Below are positions 14,201 to 25,255 of a stretch of DNA of 64,000 bases, one piece after another. The stretch covers positions 10,230,001 through 10,294,000 of the forward strand of contig OZ365112.1 of NCBI GenBank assembly GCA_977030845.1, read 5' to 3'. The position numbers were made by a program, and so were the translations under genes. Below the pieces are notes generated by a model that was given only the letters and a program-made list of their open reading frames with translations, was not told where the DNA came from and ran no database searches. Position 1 is the stretch's first letter. Every line of letters starts with the position of its first letter. Source of the stretch: Fimbriosthenelais zetlandica. Taxonomy: Eukaryota.

Positions 14201-15869
14201 CTCTTTCTATATATAAGAGACTTTATGGCATTAATGGTTTTATCGACCCCAGTTAATCCGGATAATTCGATTAGTTGGTGGGTGTGAGAGTGGAGTTAAT
14301 GGCTGACCATCTTATCCCATGGTGGACTGAGATACACTCAACCCTCCCCTGTGATGTTAACCATTTCTGTTATATCACTATATTGTTTAGACCATGCATG
14401 ATTTATTGCCTCTCTCATATGTTAGAAATACACATAAAGTCGATCTCAGACTTGGCCTGGTGATGCTCGAGTATTATTTTTTTTCTAATTATGACAAGTA
14501 TAATGTATGGAAATTTAGGCAAGGTTCAAGTTGATATAATGTCAACAGATGATGGAATGCATTGCCTCAAGGACGCAATGAATGATAAAGTGGATCGTCT
14601 GAGACGAAGTGTCATCATTATAATAGTTATGTCGAGAGGTGACAGCTTCACGGACCAACACACGTAAAATTACACTACTTTCTGAATTCATTTCCAATTC
14701 ATTCAGAGTTATCGTGACTCACTCTCCACTCCTCAAGAATGCATAATGCTTGCATCCATTGTGCTTTTTCGAGGGCAGGTCTATTTTATAGAACTATGGC
14801 AGATATGGGTTAATTCAGTCCCATATGAAAAGTCAGTGGTGCGTTTAGGCATTAGTCAATGGTGATATATACTGATAATATACCACGTGTCCTATATCCA
14901 TAGCTATATAATGCAAGATACTCTGGTATACCCTCGCAGTTAGACTGGCATGAGCTAAGAAAAACATTTACCATCATATCTGTTGCTCTCACTCTCTAAA
15001 AGTTCATGGCGATAGGGTTCCAATTAAAATATCTGGAGGAGTTCTACACGAATGGGTAAAAATGTATGCTTCCAGAATGTTGTGTTAGTGGGGGAAGAAC
15101 TAAGAGAACTCTGTGAATGATTTAATGAAGGATAGGCTTGTTGAATAGTGACCCATCACACGTTCAACCAGATCTGGGAAATGAAGATGAATTGCATTCA
15201 GAGCACGAAGTTATGCGAAGTGTCAAAGGCTGATTTTTTTCTGAACAATATGGGGATAATTGTATGTGCTTTCAGTATAAGAACTTTGGGCCTGGCTAAT
15301 TTCATGTGTCTCTCCCAAGTCAATCACAAAGTGGAAAGTATTTGGGAGAGAGGGGGTGTTGCCCTCAATAGTCATCCGACCCTCGCAAACTTTAAAAGTA
15401 AGCTATCGTTCCAGTTAATGGTTCATATGTACTAGTACAAGATGATTGAGATAATTGTCCGGTCTGGAGATATTATAACAGATTCCACCTACAACCCCTG
15501 GCTATGTTATAACATAGATCATTTTTGTCTGAACCCTCGTATGTCCAGTCCATGAAGTGGCTTTACAGGTCTACCTATCTTCTATTGAACATCTGCCAAG
15601 ATGTCGGTCGGCCTTTGATAAGATGGAAGGAGTCCGATTTACCATTTTCTTCACGCCATGAAATCAAACAGAGAGTTTATTTTTGTAAATCTGTCATGCA
15701 ATGTTCAATTTTTCAGGCGTTTCGCCACTTTTTCTCTGCATGATGGGATTTTTAGGTGAGAAATTAACAGGCACCTGAGGACCAATCAACCATCATGGAT
15801 GGAAAAGGGCCCCAGAGGAGAAGGTTGGGTGATTGGCTGCTGCTATTTCTGCCAGAACCCATCTGTGCT

Positions 15870-16600
15870 ATGGGAGAGGCCCAGGGGCAAAAAGCAGGAT
15901 ATAGAAGGCTTAACCTACCAAAGCTTCCAAGAGAGGTGAAGGCAGGATAGGAGAAAAAGCAAGTTAAAGAGGAGGAAGGGCAGGAAGACAAAGAAGAGAA
16001 AATGAACAGTAGTATAATTACAGTTCAGGGAGGTGGAAGAATGGTGGAAGGCAAAACTAAAAGAATAATTAGAATATAGAAGGAAAGACGACATATAAGA
16101 GGATTAGCCTGAACAGATGATGTAGAAGGACAGGAAATAGAGGAAGGAGAGATGCCTAAAAGAAAAGAAGAAGTTTGAGGAAGAATAATGGTAGAAACAG
16201 GTGCAGGAAAGGAAGAAAGGGACATAGATTGAAGAAGAAGGGGAGAGGTAGACCGAAGTCAAAAAGATACCTCACCATATTCATGGCCACCATAAAAGAT
16301 AGGGCGACAACAATCGGCGAGGAAAGCAATGACCTTCTATGAAGGTCAACGGCTTCAAACCGGAGAAGATTAACATTTTGTGGGCAAAACGTCTGGATCA
16401 GGACACGGGCAAAGGTCAATTGCCCCGTGTCTCCAGTAAATCACATGGAGCTGGGAGAGGTTGGGATTGACCAAGGCACAAACAAGGCATTAACTACGGC
16501 TACCAGTTTTAAAGGATGGCCCAATGCTGCAGCGTCTTTCTTTACACGTCTGTTTATAAGTGAGCACCTGAACCTTATTATAATGCGCAGTCAAGGAAGA
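15870..16600 (-). mobile_element. Degraded L2-like LINE 3' portion with embedded CT-rich block
   Basis: CLVCALV (~TLVHALV), FARVL...RYLFDF (~AARL...YL.DL), SFGRLSLLYPAFCPW (~FG.R.FS.AAP.LW). GA-rich plus-strand block at 15940-16260. Confidence 0.45.
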
Positions 16601-17989
16601 TCTCCATACCTCCAGGGACTTATTAACTTGTCCTGAATAAAGGTGTTGCCAGAATGTCTTCATTTCATGATTTTACAGGATGCGCCCCACTTATATAGCA
16701 GCTTATATAAGTGACATGATCATATATATCATCTTGTTTTGACACTCAAATTCCGTTCGTATATGATCTTTGGATTAATCTAATTCTAAAGATCTTGTGG
16801 GGGGAAATGAGTAAATGCACATCCAGAAGTCGAGCCCTGCAAGAATGGATGTGGGAACATCCAATTATAAGTGGACCATAGTCAATAACTAAGAGCCTTT
16901 CTTGTTTGACTAAAGTCATAGAACCATGAATCAAGAATTTGGGTCAGCGTTGTAATAAACACATCTGTTCCACCGATCTGACTTAATTGTCCACATCCCA
17001 TGGAAATCTAATTATAAAAAACTATATAATTCTACATGAAGATTTATCTATGAACCAAATGAGAGTTTTTCAGCGATCTCAGGGCGACCAGATCCAGATT
17101 AAAAAGGTTTATTTATACACTAATAACTTACGCAATTGTGCAAGTTAGCCCAGAGTTGAATATAGCCTCCAATGCTATATCTGAATCTAGATCTTATTCA
17201 GAGGCTTAATTGGTTCAAGAATAGCCTTCTCAAGCCTCAGTCAGGGCCACCGACTATACAGCCATCTACGCTTCTTTGGTTTAGCTCAAAATAGAGAAAT
17301 ACGTGGTAATTTTCACTTCAATGCAACACAGTGGCCTGAATGGGAATGATTGGGGGTATAGGGAGTGGTTGGGTGAGAAAGAACTGGCCCATTCACGCCC
17401 AGTGAAGCTCCAAATTAGTTGCTTCAGATCTGTTCCTCTCTCCATAAGACGGGTATTTGAATGGCTGTATAGAAGTCATGTCTGATAAAATATGCGTTGT
17501 TTTTGAGAATATTCAAACCCTGGGGCCATGATAAATCAGATAACTATCAGGAAAAGGGATCTACAGTGTTTGTTTACCACACATATTTCATAGGGCAAGG
17601 AAATCCAAATGTTTCTACAACACGGATATCAGCAAAAAAAAATCGATCGAAATAGCCCTCGGGTAAATGCAAATGAACGAAAATATATAAAAGCAGAGCC
17701 TAGTTTTGCTCTAGGAATGGTAATATTCGTAATTCTGATTGACATGAATGTTGTGAGACGAAACAGAAGTAAAGAGGAGGTTTGTAATGGAATGGTTGCA
17801 TGCAGGACTCAATATTAATGCATGTCAGGCTATGAAGGGAGGGGGGCATTCTCCGGAAGCGGTACGGTATGTAGCTGTGACAGCCACCTCATATGACACT
17901 TGTCCCTAATACTGTTACCCAGACGTCATTCACAGCCCAGTGTTTACCAGCAAACAGAAATGACATCGATAGTTAGAGAGTACATCCTG

Positions 17990-18310
17990 AAACGGCACGG
18001 AAGATAGGAAAGAGGGAGGGGAGTAAAAGGAGTGATAGGGGAATAGGGAATAGGAGGGAAAGGGAGGAGAGAAGCAGGAATATGATGTAAGGGAAAGGAA
18101 GAAGAGAGGGGAAAGTAAGTATCCTTAAAAACCAATGAAAAGGAAGGTGTGATGTGGAAAACATGCTGGGAATAGAAGGGAATGGGAGAGAAAGGGAGAA
18201 GTACAAGGTGGCAAGTATGGAGTTAGAGTGAGAGACGAAGAAATGAACGGCAGATGAGAGAGTGGCGAGGTAGAGAGAGAGAGAGTGGCGAGAAAGAGAG
18301 GGAGAGACAG
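17990..18310. repeat. GA-rich low-complexity block
   Basis: Strongly purine-rich plus strand containing short (GA)n runs. Confidence 0.85.
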
Positions 18311-21154
18311 CCGTCATTACAGCGCTAGCTTTCGTGCAAATCCACCTTGGCTACAGAGATAAAACCCGAGCTGGCCTTCCCTCCATCTTATTGGCATTTA
18401 CAACTTCCAACCGATCAATACCATTAGTGGGACACTTGCCAAATTGGGCTTAGAAGCAAAGCAAAATGGCCCCATTAAATGGGGGAACAATGCATGTGTC
18501 AAACGTATATATACTTCTTTTGGAGTGCACCTCAATTATCTCTGTTATTACCCCCTTTTTCTCTCATTTTAATTCAGAGTTTATGTACATAATGTGACAG
18601 GGGGTGGACTAATGTGGCCCAAATATTTAGCTGTGACCTCAGTAGGATATTGCCAGGTTTTTTTTTATAGTATTTCCATTAACATCTAAAATGGAAAGAC
18701 ACCTACATCATTATGTTAACCTACATGTGGATACTTATGTATTGGTCGCTGGGGTAGCCATTTTGTGATGCACTACTCGCAAGAATAGCGTGGTAACATC
18801 CTCGGTAACAAATGGTCGGTTTCCTTAATACTGTTACATACCAAAGCAGCTTAAACCAAAGCCTATTACGTAACAACAAAGGTATAGACCAGTGTGAATG
18901 CGTGAAGCATGTTGGGGAACAATGGGAATGGGATGGAGGTATTCTATTATTGCGAGCTGCTCCCATAACGGGTATTTTTAACGTTATATTCTGAACAAAG
19001 AGTGGGACAATAGCATTCACGTACAATGCATAATGAGGTGTCATGTTTTGGTTTAACAATTAGCCACATTAATTGGAATTTCACACCAATCATATTCATT
19101 GGAAATACAATGACCAACTGCTATGTCCAAACGCAATATGTGGCCAATACTTAAACAGCCAATGTGAAATATAAAGGATATATATGCAATACAATAAGCA
19201 TTGTCCCTTCAATTGATATGCATTGGTATCCCCAGGGAGCTCTTATTGCACAGTGAACTATGGCTTGTAATATATGTCATTCTGACCCAGTGTTGAAATA
19301 CCGTGGCCCACATGTCCTATCCTCCCTATATCTGAGTAGTTGTAGGGGGAAGCAGAACCGAAGTGCAGACAACCTGCAGAGAAAAATGTTTGAGGCCAAT
19401 CTAGTTATTTCTGCCATGTCTATCGATTATGTCAAGTCCGTGCCATTTGATTAGTGAATCAGTGGGGACACAGGCCCGGCGTTGGCATTGCAGGACGTGT
19501 CACAATGACCCAGCCAACATGAGATAGCTTCTCATCCTCATCCTAACTGACTCAAGTTATGACAGAAAATGGACAAAAAATACCAAGACAAAAGTCAGGT
19601 ATTGTTTAAAAAGTACCACTGGGATTGGGATGGTTAATTGCTTTCCTTGTGTAAAGTTCTGTCATTATCAAATCTAAGGATCTGAGTAAGACATGGGGTC
19701 ATGCATGGTTAGGGACAGGAACAAGATGTGTAAGATACCCTATTTTAAGAGCGTTTCATAATATATAACATCTTAAGTAAACAGATACAGGGCTAATACT
19801 TTGTTCCATGTCAGTTTAAATGCCTATATGATGCCATATAATTTCATATTATATCACGATGTTAAATTTTGTCAATATTTTAGTTCGGAAACTCAAGGAC
19901 ATCAAAGCCAAATCAGCTTCAGTTGTCGCTCTATTTTCAGTGGGAATTCACTGGTTATGATCTATTCATAATCATCTCATTCAAGGACAAAATAGTAAAA
20001 ATGTAAATTTTATCACAAATAGTTGACCTTAAAATCAATAATTCATCTGAGATTTCATCCTAAATAAGGCATAGAGCACGGATGACTAACCTTTAAGGAT
20101 AGTGACTGCGAATCAATCGATATTAACTAGAACTTTCATTTCATATTTGGCAAGAAGCCATAGGGGATGTTTACAAAGGGAGACATCCTTTGTTTGAAAT
20201 CACACCTGGGAAAATGACATATATTAAACACTTGATGATAGATCAACTACCGAACATATAAGTTAATATTTATTGACCAGCGTTTGGTTTGGATACTGCT
20301 AGTATATGATTGCATTGTAGGGGATGTATTTATTGGAGTGGAGGTAGGTAGGTAATTGGAGTGGGAGTGGTTCACAGCAAGGTGTGGTTATATATTGACC
20401 AGGTAGTCAGGTAGACCCAAACCTATACCTGTGCTGAATGAACACACGTTAATGACCAGTTGTATATAGGGCGGGGGAGGGGTGATGGACAGGGAGGGGG
20501 CGACCATAACCCAGAACGACATGTATTTGGGGTCGTAGGGTGTAGAGAAATGGTAAGGAGCCCTCCTCGGGTCATGTCATTTCTTCGGGGAGGGGCAGTA
20601 GACCACAGGTATTTCAGATTGTGTCCACTTGACCTCATTAAAATCCATACGAATATTGAAAATACGACAACACATTTATATTGAAAAATACGTTCACAGA
20701 GTGAGTGCGCGAGAAAAAGTAGGCTTATTTGAAGTGGGCAAAAATATATGTCTATCAGTGATCTATATATTCAAAAGCATGTGATACTTGAGCTAAAAAA
20801 TATCAATGAAATATATTATCAACCCCCCTCATAGAAATATAAGTTTGTCAGCCCCTCGTTCTCGGGGCTGACGTGGTGTACTATGACCAACTTAAACAAC
20901 AGGTGATTGCACTGACGTATAGACACGAGTGTGATAAATGAAGTGAATTCAACTGAATTGACAAGAAGATCGCAAACAGATAAAAAGGTAGAGAAATCTC
21001 TCTCACCTGTCTCATCGTGTAGGTGATGTCCATTATAAAAAGGTAGCCTTACCTGTTAGCATCCGTCTTATTGCTTGTATTATATCTCTTTTTTTTCCAC
21101 CTGTGAATCAATTTCACTGATTATTTTTCTTTGTGTAAAGCTTTTTTTTCTTGT

Positions 21155-21163
21155 AAAGGATAT
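21155..21163 (-). other. U12-type (minor spliceosome) 5' splice site, AT-AC class
   Basis: Minus strand ...AAC TGG CC|ATATCCTTTAC is an exact match to the /RTATCCTTT consensus, at the point where Cav3 similarity stops (expected continuation ..WP/WFE..). Phase 2. Confidence 0.92.
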
Positions 21164-21630
21164 GGCCAGTTGAGAATGTGTATACACGCCCATCGCATTG
21201 GATTGTTCTGGGATAGACAGAATAGGGCTTTGGGTACAAAGGTAGGGAAGGGGAGATCCTCATCCGGATATCCTTCCCCATCCCCTTCATCATCATTTTC
21301 CTCTAGGTCCGATTCGGCTTTGGGTGGCGGAAGGTGTCGCGCGCGCGCCAGTCGGGCCATCGTCTGCTCGGCCGGCGCCGACTCCCGACGCATGCGATTT
21401 CGACGATATCTCCATGGGTATTGCCTCCTGGGAGGGTGGTGGTGATGGTGGTGGTGGTGGTGTGGCGGATGTGACGAGGATGGACCAAAACGAGCGCCGC
21501 CAGCGGAACCGGAACCGTTCCCTGACCCAGCGCTCGTCAGCGATCCTCTTCCGCTCGCGCCTCCTCCGCCGCCACTGCTTAATACCCCACCGCTATTGCG
21601 GCGGTCTAAACCACTTGAATCCTCCGCCAT
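21164..21630 (-). CDS. Cav3: First coding exon of T-type voltage-gated calcium channel alpha-1 subunit (Cav3; CACNA1G/H/I family), 155 codons + 2 nt
   Basis: Translation ends DLPFPTFVPKALFCLSQNNPMRWACIHILNWP, matching the Cav3 pre-IS1 signature LPYP.LAP.VFF.L.Q...PR.WCL..V.NPW. Strong start context CAAAATGG, CpG-rich sequence, and the exon ends at a U12 donor as is known for this channel family. Confidence 0.93.
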
Positions 21631-21975
21631 TTTGATATATCAACCCGGGGGGTGCTTGCACTATCCACCCGGGTGTTTAAAAGGGAGGAAGGGCGACACT
21701 GTTATCGTGTTCATATGCGCAACTCATAATAGAAATGTACTCCCATATTTGCTGTAGGATCGGCAAGTTATCACTGCCGTCGATCCAGCAGCTTGTGCTT
21801 CTCCCCCAACCGATCAGGTTGGGAATTAAAGTCTCACCACCTTGTGGGCAAATGTAGGGGGCGCTTTGTACACCGGGGATCGCTCCTGCTATATCCGAAT
21901 GCGAATCCGGCAACGCGCTTCTGTGAAGAGGTCACTTCCGGTGCCGACGGTGACGGGGCAAGGTCAAAGGTCAGC
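21631..21975 (-). promoter_or_regulatory. CpG-rich proximal promoter / 5' UTR region of Cav3 with ETS and DR1 motifs
   Basis: CACTTCCGG (ETS/GABP-type) at 21933-21941; AGGTCA-A-AGGTCA (DR1) at 21961-21973; locally high CpG density continuous with the exon. Confidence 0.55.
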
Positions 21976-23649
21976 CAAGGACAGGATAAAGTAGCTGTCT
22001 CTACAGGAGGAGTCTCTCCACGGGGGTTAGGGCCTGTACAAGGAGGCTGTAATGATATGGAAGCCTCGGGGGAATTATAATAACGATTAACACAGTAAAA
22101 TAACGGGAGAGTTATGTCCAACACTCTCAACTCTCCGTAAAGAGTTAGAGAGGAGCCTAACGATTGTGGTGTTACTGAAGGTTCTATGTGCACCGCCGGC
22201 ATGCCTTAGCCACCACAAGTGTAGGAGGAACCCCTATAGTATAGGAGAACCTCTCAATATTCACAACAATGAGTAATATCCATTCTAAATTCCCAAAGAG
22301 AAAAAACAATCCACAAGTAGACAACAAGTATTTCCTTTCCTCGAGAAGAGAGGGTGCGCTTTGGATTAAGCTATGTACACATGGATTACTGCACAGTCCT
22401 CAAGTTCAGAGAAACACTGACTATGTGATTCCTCAATGCCTATATATAGACGTATAATAATAAATCCAATGAAATCCTCGCTGTCAACACATACACACAT
22501 TCACCTATGGGTATACTAGGACAATGTGGCAAGAATACAAGGAGATTTATAAACTTTCAAGAGGTACCATCGTTATCCAATGATGGCTTAGGGAAGTAGT
22601 CCTATGCTGTATTAAAATGCCCCTTTCGCTGGTGTATCAATAAGGAAAGATTATCTTTAACTCCGGTGCATTCCCGAGTAATATAATTGATTGGTGATTT
22701 GACGGAGAGATTGAGAGAGCATGGTGTGTGTGGGGAGTAGAGTGGTGGGTCTATGACTCGGTATGTGTGCTATGTGTGTGTTATATAGGCAGTTTCACCT
22801 TGCCTTCCTGCCCCAGCACAAACATCCACAGAGCCCTTCCTCTTCTTTTTCCTCCTTCTTCCTCTCTTTTACAAGAAAAGTCCACTGGCTCTCTTCACCC
22901 ACAAATCCCCATCTCTCCACACACCCAAATACGATACTGCGTTGTTCCAATCTCACAAATCACACTTGCTTTTAGAAAAAATAAATAAAAATATCCAATA
23001 TGAAAATGCCTTTGGAATCTTCACAAGCCTAGGACATTTTCATTCCTGTGGGGTTGAAATATTCTTCATCTACTCTTGGGCACTGCTGTTTGAAAGCCTC
23101 CGTTGCCGTGGAGGTAGGACTAAATCCAGGTATGTCGCTGGGGGATCCACACTCTCTCTCAGTTCGCCCACCTTTCAATCGGTATCCCGATACCTGGTCA
23201 GTATCCACGACCGCTGTTAATACTGCACACCTTCATGCACACCGTTTTTCCGCCTTTCTTCATTATCAATCCAAAGGATTTTCATCCTTGCTTTGTCTAT
23301 ACATAGTCCAGCTACATTTTTCCAATGAGAGCCTAAAGGTAAAGTCCATATAGGAGAAGGTATTCAGGCAATGATCAGTGGACTGGTGGGTCTTGTTCTT
23401 GCAGGCAGATGTGCGCACTGTAATGCAGAGTGTGCAGTGGCTGTAGTCGGATCCTTCTACTACTAGTCCCCACTACCGCGCCCTGCAAATGTACCCACTC
23501 CATTGGGGTTTTCCCCCATCTTTCCACTAAGAAAAAAAGTCACAGGTCACTGAGCAACCTTTTCCTCTTGTCTTAATCCATGGTTAAGGGTGGGTTGAAA
23601 ATGAGATGGTTCTTCTAATTCTTCTTTTCCTGGAACTGTCTGGCGCTCT

Positions 23650-23950
23650 TATCGCCTATTCTCTGCACTGTCTGCAGTGCCCCAGCCTTCTACTTGGGCT
23701 GCTGCTGGCGGGCCTCTCCCAATGCTCTCTCCCACTTCTCTCTCTCTCTCTAGTTCTCTCTCTACCTCTCTCCTTCCTTCAGTTTAACACTGTGGCCGCT
23801 GCAGCAGCGCACGCAGCAGCGAGAATGCGAGACCAGAGAGAGCTCTCTCCTTCTCTCTACTGTCTCTCCTCCTCTCTCTCCTCGCATCATGTGACTGAAC
23901 AGGTGAAACAGTCTCTCTCACATGGGGGCGCGCGAGGCTGGTCCTCATCT
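23650..23950 (-). promoter_or_regulatory. Candidate upstream promoter / non-coding first exon of Cav3
   Basis: CpG-enriched patch (GCAGCAGCGCACGCAGCAGCG, GGGGCGCGCG) with (CT)n tracts, an E-box CAGGTG and a minus-strand Inr-like TCAGTC. No transcript evidence available. Confidence 0.35.
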
Positions 23951-23964
23951 ATAGAACATCATCC

Positions 23965-24240
23965 CAGGAGATGAAGAGAGAGAGAGCGAAGAGAGATGAG
24001 ATGGGCAAAGAGAGAGAGAGATAGAAAGAGATCGGAGAGGGAAATATAAAGAAAAGTGAGAGCAAAGAGCATGGCGAGGAAGAGCGAGAAAGAGTTAGAG
24101 AGAGAAAGAGAGACAGAGTGCGGAAGAGAAAAATGAAGAAGGAAGAGAGAAGGATAAAAAATCCTATGGTACAATACAATTAAAAAGGTTAAAGAAGAAA
24201 GGTACAGAAGCAGAGAAGTTATAAAAGAAAAGATATCATA
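23965..24240. repeat. GA-rich low-complexity block
   Basis: Degenerate (GA)n/(GAAA)n on the plus strand. Confidence 0.88.
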
Positions 24241-25038
24241 CACAGATAGCAACCTGGCGTGCATGCCCCTGGAACTGAACACCCCCGCCCAAAAAATCAT
24301 ATATAGCATTCATCATTTCCAAGTAATTACTTCCTTCTTTGCCCTTGAAGGATGCTCAAAGTATGCCTCGTCATCCATTGGATTATTTGCAATTTCACAT
24401 GGAAGAAATCCCCTAGTAATGAATCAAAGAAACAATTCTTTATACATATATCTTTCTCCTCGTTTCTTTTTGTTCAGATCAAGGTCTGTTGGTAAAAAAA
24501 AAATCGAAAAAAGTACCAGTTGAGGGTTTGCGCTGCAGAGAGGCTTCAGCAGCAATGTAGGCACCTTCATCCATCTTAGTTCGCCTCTCTTAGATCCTGG
24601 GTTATTATGCATCGCTGAAGTCTATGGAAAACCTGGGATCCACTATTGATGAAGCCGATTTTCCATCGGTTTATTCTCCCTTGGGCAATTAATAGATTTT
24701 AATGGTCCTAAGCTGGAATCACTGGCTCGACCTCTAATGATGCTAAAATAAGATTGAATGCTAATGATTACATGACCAATCGGTTGTATTAACGGTTTAG
24801 TGTGTCAGGGGTTTAGATGGGGATAAGCACCAGACATTGCCACTCTTTGTGATTGATTGTTTTTTTAAAACAAAAACGAAAGTAACATCAGGCAATGCAT
24901 TGTAACCTTAGTTATCAAACAAAAACATGTACCGAGCACATAAAGCAGTGGAATGCTGTATTTAAATAGAGATAAAAATAGTGATATATCATTGGTTTTT
25001 GTAGGTGAATCGTATATAATGCTTATCGTCGAAATCGA

Positions 25039-25255
25039 TTAAAGGCAATGCAACCCCAGATACCGCACTGATTAGTGCAGCAATGTCAAGATATCCTTGC
25101 CGCATCAATTTGAAAATGCATAAAATATTAGATATTTGAATTCAATTCATGATGCCAGAAAATTCAATTCGGGGGGTCATTTGCATAAAGAAGAAATTCT
25201 GAAAAATCGATTACATTTAAATTTAATTGTGCAGATATCTCATAGAAGCCTTTAA
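25039..25255. mobile_element. Possible Kolobok-like non-autonomous element remnant
   Basis: TTAA|AGGC...GCCT|TTAA boundaries (TTAA at 25039-25042 and 25252-25255); TIR match is only 4 bp. Confidence 0.25.

Larger units (their letters stand above)
1..21163 (-). other. Intron following the first coding exon of Cav3; U12-type (AT-AC) donor, 3' end not located in window (probably >21 kb)
   Basis: Donor ATATCCTTT at 21163-21155 (minus). A manual scan of 1-21160 found no (W)FER..LNC.TLGM-type exon 2 and no TCCTTAAC...AC acceptor. The extent is inferred from that absence and the scan was not exhaustive. Confidence 0.65.

Noticed and set aside
20847-20872. 9-bp hairpin GTCAGCCCC/GGGGCTGAC in the intron
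   Set aside because: A stem of this length is expected by chance a few times per window; no supporting context.
21121-21630. 169-aa ORF as a complete standalone protein
   Set aside because: The last 13 codons are intron read-through past the U12 donor; it is exon 1 of a much larger channel gene.
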